Positions 17,716 through 26,537 of a DNA stretch of 64,000 nt are shown one piece after another. Every line of letters starts with the position of its first letter. Positions within the stretch are counted from its first letter, which is position 1. A program made the translations under genes and the position numbers. The notes below the pieces were generated by a model. It searched no databases and was not told where the DNA came from. It saw only the letters and a list, made by a program, of their open reading frames with translations. Source of the stretch: Anaerolineae bacterium (GTDB lineage Bacteria > Chloroflexota > Anaerolineae > CG2-30-64-16); contig JAXGYZ010000002.1 of the NCBI GenBank assembly GCA_040772005.1, positions 1-64,000 on the forward strand. Direction: 5' to 3'.

Positions 17716-19254
17716 ATGATCGCTGCCAAGACCCCGTGGCGCCAGCAGATGCCCGACTTCCTGCAGTTCGTAGACGGCACGCTGAACCACCGGGTGAAGC
17801 TGTTCAAGGAGACGCTCGGCTACAATCTCTACTTCATTGATTTCTCCGAGTGGAAACTGCGTTTCTCCGACCGCACGCCGGTCATCTGGGTTACAGAAAA
17901 CGACCTGGCGGCAATGGAGCCGCGCGAGCTGGCGCAGAGCCTCGTGGAGGTGGTGCGCTCGCAATCGCTGGTCGAGCGCAACCCGATCATCATGCTGCAA
18001 GGCCCTGGCGCAGAGCTGGCCGCGCAGCTCAAGCCCTTCTTCATGCCCATCCTGCTGCTCGATCAGGCTGACCAGCAAGCCGTGCGCGAGTCGCGCCGGC
18101 CGTCGGGCGAGCTGCTGGACCGCCTGGCCGCGCAGCTCGATCTCTCGCTCCTGACGCCGTACGAGACGAGCAAGCCCGTCACAGGCTCACGCTTCTTCGG
18201 GCGCGAGTTCGAGGTTCGCCGCATCCTGCAAACCGGCGATACGAACTTTGCGATCATGGGCATCCGCCGCATCGGCAAGACCTCGTTGATGCGCGAAATC
18301 GAGCGGCAGCTCAGGGAACAGGCGCAGGAGGCCGGCGACGAGAATGCGCTGGAGCGCATCCTGTTCCTGGATTGCAGCGCGCTCAACTCGCCCGCACACC
18401 TGGTCCAGGAGGTCGTCCGGAAGCTGCGGCCGCAGGAACTCACCCGGCTGGCGAGCAAGCAATATCCTATCTTCATCCCGGACTTCCTGGAGCGGATGTC
18501 GCAGCGTTACGGCGGGCCCATCTTCCTGTTCCTGGACGAGTTCGACCGGGTGCTGACGTGGCACTATGAAGATGACACCCTGCTGAACGCCTTGCGCGCC
18601 TCCAGCAACCAGGGCCACTCGCGCTACATCGTCGGCGGCTTCCGCGAGGTCATGCGCGCGTTCAGCGACCTGGAGTCGCCGCTCTACAACTTCGCGCGGC
18701 CCATCCGCCTGAAGGAGTTCAGCCGCGAGCAGGCTGCCGCACTCATCCTCGGGCCGCTGGAGAAGCTGCGCGTCCAGTTCACGCGGCGCAACGATGTGGT
18801 CAACCGCATCTTCGACGAGACGGCCGGCCAGCCCAACCTGATCCAGTTCTACTGCAGCATCCTGGTCGAGCGCCTCGACCGGGAGGGCAGCCGCACGGTT
18901 TCGCCGGAGAGCCTGTTCGACGTCTACGGCAACGAGGACTTCCGCGCCTTCGTCCTCAGCACCTTCATGGACAACACGACGCACCTGGAGAAGGCCATCG
19001 TCTTTGCGGTGATGGCAGAGCTGGGCGCGGAGAACCCGTTCGGCGTCAAGACGATGGATGCCGCACTGGAGCGCCGCGGGGTGGAGATTCCGCTGTCCGA
19101 CCTGGACCTGGCCTGCCGCAACCTGGAACTGGCAGGCACGTTCACCTCGCGCGGGCCGCTGTACCGCTTCGCTACGCCCGTCTTCCCGCGCATGTTGAGC
19201 GAGAACTACGATGTGGATTACCTGTTCCGCAAGGTGCTCCAGGAGGGGATTTGA
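17716..19254 (+). CDS. P-loop NTPase of the AAA_16/Arch_ATPase (STAND-like) class with an uncharacterised roughly 170-aa N-terminal domain
   Basis: FFGREFEVRRIL lead-in, Walker A GIRRIGKTSL and Walker B IFLFLDEFD, followed by a helical C-terminal region. Only 25 bp from the upstream gene, with a GGGGGGA SD. Confidence 0.65.
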   Translation: MIAAKTPWRQQMPDFLQFVDGTLNHRVKLFKETLGYNLYFIDFSEWKLRFSDRTPVIWVTENDLAAMEPRELAQSLVEVVRSQSLVERNPIIMLQGPGAELAAQLKPFFMPILLLDQADQQAVRESRRPSGELLDRLAAQLDLSLLTPYETSKPVTGSRFFGREFEVRRILQTGDTNFAIMGIRRIGKTSLMREIERQLREQAQEAGDENALERILFLDCSALNSPAHLVQEVVRKLRPQELTRLASKQYPIFIPDFLERMSQRYGGPIFLFLDEFDRVLTWHYEDDTLLNALRASSNQGHSRYIVGGFREVMRAFSDLESPLYNFARPIRLKEFSREQAAALILGPLEKLRVQFTRRNDVVNRIFDETAGQPNLIQFYCSILVERLDREGSRTVSPESLFDVYGNEDFRAFVLSTFMDNTTHLEKAIVFAVMAELGAENPFGVKTMDAALERRGVEIPLSDLDLACRNLELAGTFTSRGPLYRFATPVFPRMLSENYDVDYLFRKVLQEGI

Positions 19255-19257
19255 GCC

Positions 19258-22227
19258 ATGAGCGCCTCGCCTGACTGGCGCATCGTCCCTTACGAGGAAG
19301 CCTCGCCCTTCAAAAGGCTGCGGGTGCGCGATGAGGCGCGCATCAGTGCGGTCGTGCGCCATCTCCAGAACGATGAGTGCGTGTCACTGCTTGGCCCGCC
19401 GCTCAGCGAAAAGAGCTACATGCTGCGCGACATTGCCGCCGCACTGGAGGGCACAGGCCGTTTCTCGCCACTCTACATTGACCTCTGGCGCACGCGCTCG
19501 GATGACGAAGCCGTGTTCTTCACGAGCCTGGCCGGGCTGGTCGGCGCAGAGCTGGCGCAGCGCGGGCTCGACGCGGCCGCGCAGCCCGTGCCGGAGTCCG
19601 TGCCCGACCCGCGTGCCTTCCAGCATTATGTCACTGAGGTTGCCAACCAGGGCAGCCGCAACGTCGCGCTGCTGATTGACCACTTGCAGGCGCTGCCGCA
19701 CGACCTGGTCCACAGCCTGCTCCTGGCGCTGCGCTCCGCCTACATGGAACGCGAGGCGGATGCCCCGCGCAGCCTCGTGGCCGTCGTTACGGGCGGCATG
19801 AACCTCGTCGGCCTGTCCACCGGCCCCACCTCGCCCTTCAACATCGCCAAGCCGGTGGTGACGGCTCCGCTGACGGTCGAACAGAGCCGTGCGCTGGCTG
19901 AGGCCACGGTGCAGGCCTACGATTGCAGCATCTCGGACCACGCGCTGGAGAGCATCGTGGAGTGGGCCGGCGGCGACCGGTATCTCGTGCCCCGGCTGGC
20001 CGCGCTGGGCGTCGAGCTTGTGCAGGCCCATCGCCTGCGCCGCGTCACTTCCGCGGTCATCGCGCGTGCCGCGGACCGCATGTGCCTCACGACCGAGGAC
20101 CTGCCGCCGATGCGCGCGGCGATTCGCATGATCGAGGAGGACCCCGATACGATGCTCGACGTCCTCCACATCCTCGATCACGGCACACTCGCCCGCTCGC
20201 GCTCGCGGCAGATGCCCACGCGCACCGGCACGGACCGCCTGCAACTCTCGGGCGCGGTCGTGTTGGCCGATGGGGCCTTCCGCTTCACAAACCGGGCCTA
20301 CCGCCGGGGCCTGGCCCGCCACTTCACCACCGAACGCGTGGGCCATGTCCTGCGCATCTCGGGGCGCTGGGCCGAAGCCATCGAGTATCTGGCCCCGCGG
20401 CTTCAGCAGGACGAGGAACAGGTTGCAGGTTCAAGGTTGCAGGTTGAAGCATCCACCGTTGACAACCTGCACCCCGGGCGAGCCGCAGCTCGCACACACC
20501 TGGAACCTTCACACCCCGGCGCATCGCCGGCGCGGCCGCAGCTTCTCGAAGCGATCGTGCAGTCCATCTATGCGACCGATGCGCCGGAGCGGGCCTATGA
20601 GTTGCTGGCAGATGGATTGCGGCTGGGGTTCGGTCTGTCCAACGCTGCGGTCTATTGCGCGGTGCCTGCGCGCGGGCTGCTGCAGCGCGTGTTCCCGCCG
20701 GTGACGGCCTCGCGCAACGGGTCCACCGCGCCGGAGGTCGTAGACCTGCACGACCCGGCCTGCGTGGAGGCGCAGACATACCGCCTGGGCAACTATGCGC
20801 TGCGTGGCACGGCTGACGAGGCGCGGCTGATCGTGTCGCTGAACGCGGGCGGGCGCTCCATCGGCGTGGTCACGGTTGACCGCTACATTCAGCACCGCGA
20901 CCCACACCTGCTGCCGGAAGAACTGCCCGACTTGCTGCGCTATCTCCAGCACGCGGCCGGCGCGATGGACAATGCCATCATCCGCGCAGCCTACCGCACC
21001 ATCGGCCAGGCCGTGCTCAACGCCAAGGCAATGCAGCCGATGGTGGAGCGCGTGCTCGAAACGCTGGCCGATGCACTCGGCTGCGACTATGCGGTGCTCT
21101 ACCTGGTGGATGACAGCCGGCGTTGGCTGCAGATGGCGGCGGGCGTGGGCCGCGCCATCACAGCGGAATGGCAATCCCTGGCTCGCTTTCCGCTGGCCGG
21201 CCGCCACCCGGCCGTCAGCGCGCTGCAGGACCGCCGGATGCTGACGGTGCGCGCGAGCGACGAGAGCCAGGACCGGACGATCACCGACCGGCTGGGGCTG
21301 CACAAGTTCGTGCGCACCTACCTGCCGCTGCACGCCGCGGGCGAGGAACTGGGCACGCTGGAGCTGGGCTATGCCAGCGGTCGCGCCCGCTTCGGCGAGG
21401 ACCACAAGCGCACGCTGGCCGCGTTCATGGACCAGGCGGCGATCGCAGTCCACAATATGCTGCTGCTGCGCCGGACGGATGAGGCGCTCGCGCGCAAGAC
21501 CGCCGAAATCAGCGTCGGGCGGGAGATTCAGCTCAGCCTGCTGCCGAAGTCCACCCCGTCGGTGCCCGGCTGGGATTTCGCCGCAGCCTACCAGGCCGCG
21601 CGCACGGTCGGCGGCGACTTCTATGACTTCTACCAGTCGAACACGCCGCCCGCCCGGCTGGGCATCGTCATTGCAGACGTGGCAGACAAGGGCGTGCCAG
21701 CCGCGCTGTTCATGGCGGTGAGCCGCACGGTCATCCGCAGCGTGGCCTTCACGGGTCGCGGTCCCGCGGCCGCGCTGACGCGCGCGAACCAACTTCTCCT
21801 GGCAGACAGCCAGGCCGAGCTGTTCCTGAGCGCAGCCTATGCCATCCTCGAACAGCAGACGGGCCGGGTGACGTATGCCAACGCGGGTCACAACTATCCG
21901 CTGTGGTATCACGCGGACAGCCGCACCGTCACCGAACTACGCCGCCACGGGACGGTGCTCGGCGCGTTCGACGATATCAACCTGGGCGACGAGACCATCA
22001 ACCTGGCGCCCGGCGATGTCCTGGTGTTCTATACCGACGGCATCACCGATGCGCTGAACGACGAGGGCGAGATGTTCGGCGAGGAACGCTTGCAGGCCGT
22101 CGTCACTGCGTCCTGCGCGGGCAGCGCCGAAGAAGTCCTCTGGGCCATCACCGGCGCGCTGGCCGGGTTCATGGGGGAGACGGACCAGGCCGACGACGTG
22201 ACGTGCGTGGTGGTGAGGCGGGTATGA
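19258..22227 (+). CDS. Multidomain signalling protein: degenerate AAA_16-like pseudo-ATPase N-terminus, two GAF domains and a C-terminal PP2C/SpoIIE-type Ser/Thr phosphatase
   Basis: The N-terminus parallels the upstream ATPase but has Walker A GPPLSEKS (G-to-E change) and Walker B LLIDHL. GAF-like blocks (GCDYAVLYLVDDSRRWL...). C-terminal SpoIIE motifs (VGGDFYDF, ADVADKGVPAALFM, YANAGHNYP, FYTDGITDA). The start is 4 bp after the upstream stop. Confidence 0.7.
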   Translation: MSASPDWRIVPYEEASPFKRLRVRDEARISAVVRHLQNDECVSLLGPPLSEKSYMLRDIAAALEGTGRFSPLYIDLWRTRSDDEAVFFTSLAGLVGAELAQRGLDAAAQPVPESVPDPRAFQHYVTEVANQGSRNVALLIDHLQALPHDLVHSLLLALRSAYMEREADAPRSLVAVVTGGMNLVGLSTGPTSPFNIAKPVVTAPLTVEQSRALAEATVQAYDCSISDHALESIVEWAGGDRYLVPRLAALGVELVQAHRLRRVTSAVIARAADRMCLTTEDLPPMRAAIRMIEEDPDTMLDVLHILDHGTLARSRSRQMPTRTGTDRLQLSGAVVLADGAFRFTNRAYRRGLARHFTTERVGHVLRISGRWAEAIEYLAPRLQQDEEQVAGSRLQVEASTVDNLHPGRAAARTHLEPSHPGASPARPQLLEAIVQSIYATDAPERAYELLADGLRLGFGLSNAAVYCAVPARGLLQRVFPPVTASRNGSTAPEVVDLHDPACVEAQTYRLGNYALRGTADEARLIVSLNAGGRSIGVVTVDRYIQHRDPHLLPEELPDLLRYLQHAAGAMDNAIIRAAYRTIGQAVLNAKAMQPMVERVLETLADALGCDYAVLYLVDDSRRWLQMAAGVGRAITAEWQSLARFPLAGRHPAVSALQDRRMLTVRASDESQDRTITDRLGLHKFVRTYLPLHAAGEELGTLELGYASGRARFGEDHKRTLAAFMDQAAIAVHNMLLLRRTDEALARKTAEISVGREIQLSLLPKSTPSVPGWDFAAAYQAARTVGGDFYDFYQSNTPPARLGIVIADVADKGVPAALFMAVSRTVIRSVAFTGRGPAAALTRANQLLLADSQAELFLSAAYAILEQQTGRVTYANAGHNYPLWYHADSRTVTELRRHGTVLGAFDDINLGDETINLAPGDVLVFYTDGITDALNDEGEMFGEERLQAVVTASCAGSAEEVLWAITGALAGFMGETDQADDVTCVVVRRV

Positions 22228-22261
22228 TGGATCTGGGATAGAATCTGCGATATTAGGGGGA

Positions 22262-22290
22262 TTGACATAGAACACATGTTCTGATAGGAT
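22262..22290 (+). promoter_or_regulatory. Sigma70-like promoter (TTGACA-17-TAGGAT) with an embedded Cheo-type LexA box GAACacatGTTC (22270-22281)
   Basis: The same GAAC-N4-GTTC box sits in the spacer of the lexA promoter at 38954-38965 in this window. Confidence 0.55.
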
Positions 22291-22338
22291 ACTACCAAGG
22301 TGTGCGCCAAGGCGAGCCCCACACCCTGGAGTGGCTTA

Positions 22339-22563
22339 ATGGGACTGGAACTCTGGTTCAAGGAGGACATCAGGAATGTCCTCCTTTCTTTGAACCTTTC
22401 TTCATCCGCTGCCGGTCGCTGGGGCGGCGGCGAACAGCGCGATGCGTATCGGCTCGGCTACGAGGAAGCGATCGCACTGGTTGCCGTGGCGTTCGGGCTG
22501 CGACCGGCCGATGTCAGAGCCGCCGATGCCGACCCGCGGCGTCTGACGGACGCGCGACGCTGA
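22339..22563 (+). CDS. Small hypothetical protein (74 aa) downstream of the LexA-box promoter; candidate SOS-induced gene
   Basis: It is the only plus-strand ORF after the promoter. ATG 22339 has a weak GGAG SD. The ORF contains the palindrome GGAGGACATcaggaATGTCCTCC. Coding status unproven. Confidence 0.35.
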   Translation: MGLELWFKEDIRNVLLSLNLSSSAAGRWGGGEQRDAYRLGYEEAIALVAVAFGLRPADVRAADADPRRLTDARR

Positions 22564-22590
22564 CATTCGGCGCGCTCGCAGGTTCACGCA

Positions 22591-23301
22591 TCAGGGCGGA
22601 ATCACGCCGTCGTCGAAGCGAAGGGTGCTGAGCAGCCGCTGCGCCGCGCGCTCGTGCTCCTCCCAGTCATCAGCGTTGCCGGTCGCCTCGAAGGCGAAAA
22701 GCCTGCGCCCATAGCTGACGACAGCCTGATACCACTGCACACCGCTGGTGCCCAGAGCATTCCCGCCCTGTAGATGCCGCTCGATACAGGGCAGGTCCTG
22801 GCGACCGATGTCGCAGTGCTTGACCACGCCGATATCGGCCCCATCGAGCTGCTCCTGGATGAGTGCGGCGCGCTTATCGAGCGCCTGGCGCAGGGTCTCT
22901 GCCGTCTCCTCCATGACGTCTGCGACATAGCAGATGCGAATCTGCTTGGCAGCCTCACCGCGATACAGAGGGCCGCGCGGATCAGACCAGAAGACTACGC
23001 CCTGGCAACCCGCCACATCCTCAGCACGGTTGAGGGCCGCCACATAGGCATCCGGCTCGGCCCGGAAGTAGTATAGCTCGTTGTGGTAGGTTTGCGGCGC
23101 GGGCGTCGTGGGGGTGGCGGTGGATGCAGCGAGAGGGCCCAGCGCCTTGATTTCAGGGCTGTTAAGTGCCTGTATGACAATCACGCCGACGAGTATCACA
23201 ATAATGGCGACAAGTACAAGGGGAAGGGTGGCGATGCGGTCCAGTCCCGCCCTCACACGATCAAGAAACGGACGGCGAGTTGTTTCAGATGCACCATCCA
23301 T
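22591..23301 (-). CDS. Hypothetical membrane-anchored protein (N-terminal TM helix, PT-rich linker, extracytoplasmic domain)
   Basis: Hydrophobic segment LPLVLVAIIVILVGVIVI. No recognisable family. Confidence 0.5.
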   Translation of the reverse strand: MDGASETTRRPFLDRVRAGLDRIATLPLVLVAIIVILVGVIVIQALNSPEIKALGPLAASTATPTTPAPQTYHNELYYFRAEPDAYVAALNRAEDVAGCQGVVFWSDPRGPLYRGEAAKQIRICYVADVMEETAETLRQALDKRAALIQEQLDGADIGVVKHCDIGRQDLPCIERHLQGGNALGTSGVQWYQAVVSYGRRLFAFEATGNADDWEEHERAAQRLLSTLRFDDGVIPP

Positions 23302-23318
23302 ACGTATGCCTCCGTGTT

Positions 23319-24662
23319 TCAGCTACCGGCTTTCAGTTGTTTGCAGTCACTGATGTGCACTTCCTCGATCCGCAGGCCCCATCTCTGCACTCGCGTGTCC
23401 AGCTTCTCGCGCAGATCACCGGCAACCCGGTTCGTGCCCGCAATCCGGTCACAGTAGAGATCCTGCGGATCATGCTTGGGCACGACATCCAACAAAGTCA
23501 TCGAGACATCGCTACTGAGCCGTTTCTCCCAGCCGCGTCTCAGGTCGGCTGGATTGAGTGTCTTCTGCGGCTGCGAGCTGTTCTTCTTTGGCGATGTTTC
23601 TTCCGCAACGGCGATAGCCTTCATCACCTCCTCTTTGCGAATTGCGGTGGCAGGTTTGTCAAGCGTGTAGCTAACAGCAACCTGTAGCTCCACAGACTCA
23701 TCTTTCGAGAGGAGAACTTTCTGCATGGGAATCGAAACCTGGTAGACATTCAACGGCACAAACGCATATACCTGGTCAAAAGGTCGCCGTATCACCGGTC
23801 GCGAGTTGAGCACATAGTAGTCTGTACCGCGCTTCAGAACCGTCCAGCAGTTAGGCGGAACATCCACGGTGAGTCGGCGGTCAAGAATGTAGTATAGAGC
23901 GATCGAAACCAAGCCCAGTGTTAGTAGCGCAATGATGACTATCAGTGAACTTGAAACCGAACCGAAAAGCTCAATAGCAACCAGGACGACAACGATGGCC
24001 GATAGGACCAGAACCAGCATGCGTAGAGCCCAAGAAACCGAAAGTCCGGGTTCGGGTTCAGGATCGTCTGGCGCATCGGCGGTAGGCACATATTCGGGGG
24101 GTCCAGGCTCAGTGCGCTTCCGGCGTGGTGGTGCAGGGGCGGCGCTTTCTGCCGACAGATGTTTCTTGATCGCCGCGCGCCGCCGGTTAAGTTCATTCAG
24201 GGACGCGTACTTCCAGCCTTGTGCGCTCAGTTGTTCCGCCAGTTCGTCAGCTTTTACAGATTGGCTCTGCCAGGTGTAGATCAGCGCCTCCGCGTACCGT
24301 GCAATCTGCGCATTCCAATTGTCGTAGCCGCGCAAGAAATCCGCCTCCGCCTCGCGATAGTGCCGAAGGGCATCAGTCAGCTTGTCCTGCGCATGAGATA
24401 CAACTCCCCGATAAATGGACGCGATACCACAGAGCGAAAAGGCGGATCCATGGTTGGGCAATAGCCCCCTAGCCGTTGCATACGCTGCATCTGCGCTTTT
24501 CTGTGCCTGATCATATTGTTCGCCCATTAGCGCTTCTCTGCACGTTTTGAGATTAGCCGTAATGGGGTCGGTTGACACAGCCGAAGTGGTGGCTGTGAGC
24601 TTCAGCACATCATTCACTTCAGCTTTGTGCAGCGCCAGTCGTTCAGCAGTAGTCATAGGTGG
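23319..24662 (-). CDS. SPFH/band-7 (stomatin/prohibitin-like) domain protein with an N-terminal soluble helical region and a central TM segment
   Basis: C-terminal SPFH-like core (VSIPMQKVLLSKDESVELQVAVSY...RVQRWGLRIEEVHI). Likely start MPPMTTAERL at about 24662, not ORF-track 24938, which would overlap the upstream gene. Confidence 0.6.
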   Translation of the reverse strand, partial: PPMTTAERLALHKAEVNDVLKLTATTSAVSTDPITANLKTCREALMGEQYDQAQKSADAAYATARGLLPNHGSAFSLCGIASIYRGVVSHAQDKLTDALRHYREAEADFLRGYDNWNAQIARYAEALIYTWQSQSVKADELAEQLSAQGWKYASLNELNRRRAAIKKHLSAESAAPAPPRRKRTEPGPPEYVPTADAPDDPEPEPGLSVSWALRMLVLVLSAIVVVLVAIELFGSVSSSLIVIIALLTLGLVSIALYYILDRRLTVDVPPNCWTVLKRGTDYYVLNSRPVIRRPFDQVYAFVPLNVYQVSIPMQKVLLSKDESVELQVAVSYTLDKPATAIRKEEVMKAIAVAEETSPKKNSSQPQKTLNPADLRRGWEKRLSSDVSMTLLDVVPKHDPQDLYCDRIAGTNRVAGDLREKLDTRVQRWGLRIEEVHISDCKQLKAGS

Positions 24663-24685
24663 CATCTCGCAGTGAGCGTGTGTGA

Positions 24686-26137
24686 TTACGTCGGCGTGGT
24701 GGGCGGCGCAAGCGTGCCCGCAATGGTGCTGCCCATGATGGATTCCTTGGCCCGCTGAATCAGGCTGAGGGAATCGCCGGGCAGCAGTATCTTGGTGGCC
24801 GGATCGCTCGCCATTTTCTCCAGAGTCTCCAAAAAGCGCAGGGAGAGCAGATAACTGGCCGTATCGCGGCCCGACAGATTCAAGTCTCGGAAGGAGGCAG
24901 CCATCTGCTCCACGAGCTGCCGCTGCGCCTCGGCCCACGCTACCTCTTTAAGCTTCAGGATAACAGCTTCCGCCTCGCCCTTGCGGATGAGTGCCTCCCT
25001 CTGGCTGTGCGCAATCTGGACATCCCAATCGGCCAGCCATTTCCCCAGCAGTCGCTGTTCCGCCTCCTTGGGGATTTTGACCCGTCCGATATCCACCGTT
25101 GTCACCAGGATGCCCATAATGTCCCGCGTGACCTTGTTGATCTGCTCGGTCAGGGTCTTCCGGAAGTCTGCCCGGAAGCTGTCAGACATCGGCAGGATCT
25201 CATCGAGCGTGTAGCGGCCCACGACATCGCGCGTTGCGGTGTTGGCAACCGAGGCCACCGAATTGCGCCAGTCTGCACCCGCGGTATTCCACACATTCTG
25301 GCGGATGTTGTCCTCGTTATAGGAGAACTGACCATCCTGGATGCGATCGGCTTCCGGGCCGGGATTGACCTTGTGGAAGACCTGGATCTCGAACTCCTCG
25401 ATGATGACCCGGTCTCGGGTTGCGACCTGATCGATGGTGAGCTTTTCGGACCGAATGTGCAGCGGCACGACCATGCTGACACCCTCGAAAGGCTTCAGCC
25501 AAGTCACGCCGCTACCGACGATACGGGTGACCTTCCCGCTCTGGGCCAGCACCACGACGTGCCCTTCCTGCACGATCAACAGGCCCGGGCCGCCAAACAT
25601 TGCCAGCATGCCGCCGGCTGTGCTGCGGGCTTCCGCCTTTCCCTCGCTGACCATCCATGTGCCCTGGTTGATGCCCAGCAGGATGCCGATCGCGCTCCGC
25701 ATGGCTTCCCATTCATGCCCCTTGTATCCGGCATATTGAGCAAACATATTGGGCGCGGCAGACGCCGCATAGACCAGGAGAATGAGTACAGCGACCAGGC
25801 CGGTGATGGCAAAGGCGCCAAGCAACGACCAAAAGAACTTCAACGGGTCGCTGCCCATGAAGAACCGAAGGACGCCCGTGGATTGGATCACCGCATTGAC
25901 CGCATCAGTTTGGAGCAGCAGGCCAATGACCCGGCGCAGAAACAGCGCGACAACCAGGAACATCCCTGCAAACGCCAGGAAGCGCGAGCTGATGTTCATG
26001 GTCTTGGACATCTTCGTGAGCTTGAGATCAAAAGCGAGGATATAAAGCAGCACTAAGGGAATGGACCACAACCAGCCCACCTTGATACCTGCGATAATCA
26101 GGCCAATAGTAACGAGCAGTTCGAGGAGCGTGCGCAT
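24686..26137 (-). CDS. SPFH/band-7 domain membrane protein (flotillin/HflK-like) with an N-terminal multi-TM region
   Basis: Several N-terminal hydrophobic helices. SPFH core (LTIDQVATRDRVIIEEFEIQVFHKV...ILVTTVDIGRVKIPKEAEQRLLG). Confidence 0.65.
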   Translation of the reverse strand: MRTLLELLVTIGLIIAGIKVGWLWSIPLVLLYILAFDLKLTKMSKTMNISSRFLAFAGMFLVVALFLRRVIGLLLQTDAVNAVIQSTGVLRFFMGSDPLKFFWSLLGAFAITGLVAVLILLVYAASAAPNMFAQYAGYKGHEWEAMRSAIGILLGINQGTWMVSEGKAEARSTAGGMLAMFGGPGLLIVQEGHVVVLAQSGKVTRIVGSGVTWLKPFEGVSMVVPLHIRSEKLTIDQVATRDRVIIEEFEIQVFHKVNPGPEADRIQDGQFSYNEDNIRQNVWNTAGADWRNSVASVANTATRDVVGRYTLDEILPMSDSFRADFRKTLTEQINKVTRDIMGILVTTVDIGRVKIPKEAEQRLLGKWLADWDVQIAHSQREALIRKGEAEAVILKLKEVAWAEAQRQLVEQMAASFRDLNLSGRDTASYLLSLRFLETLEKMASDPATKILLPGDSLSLIQRAKESIMGSTIAGTLAPPTTPT

Positions 26138-26537
26138 TGACTGTTCTTTCAGTCTCAGGGTAACAGCGAATCGGCTCGCCGTAGCTAAGTTGGAACAGGC
26201 AAATCAAACGTAAAAAAAGACGACCACAGTGAGGCCGAAGCTCACCGCGGTCGCCAGAAGCCCAGGCGGGACCATGGGCACGGGTGCGAGTATGCAAACT
26301 GGAGGGCGAAACGGATCACGGATACCACCTTTTTGACCTGCGCTGCAGGGCGGCACCAGAACATCCATTCTTGTAACTATTGATATACACTTTACCATAA
26401 GTTTGTGTAGATACGCAAATCTCCTTCCGGTGCCCGTGCCGCACGTCACAACCAATTTGCGATGTGCGCCGCGCCCCAATTGCGGCTGATGGCTGCCATC
26501 ACAGCCATCAAACAAATGTTCTGCGCAGTGTGAAGGC

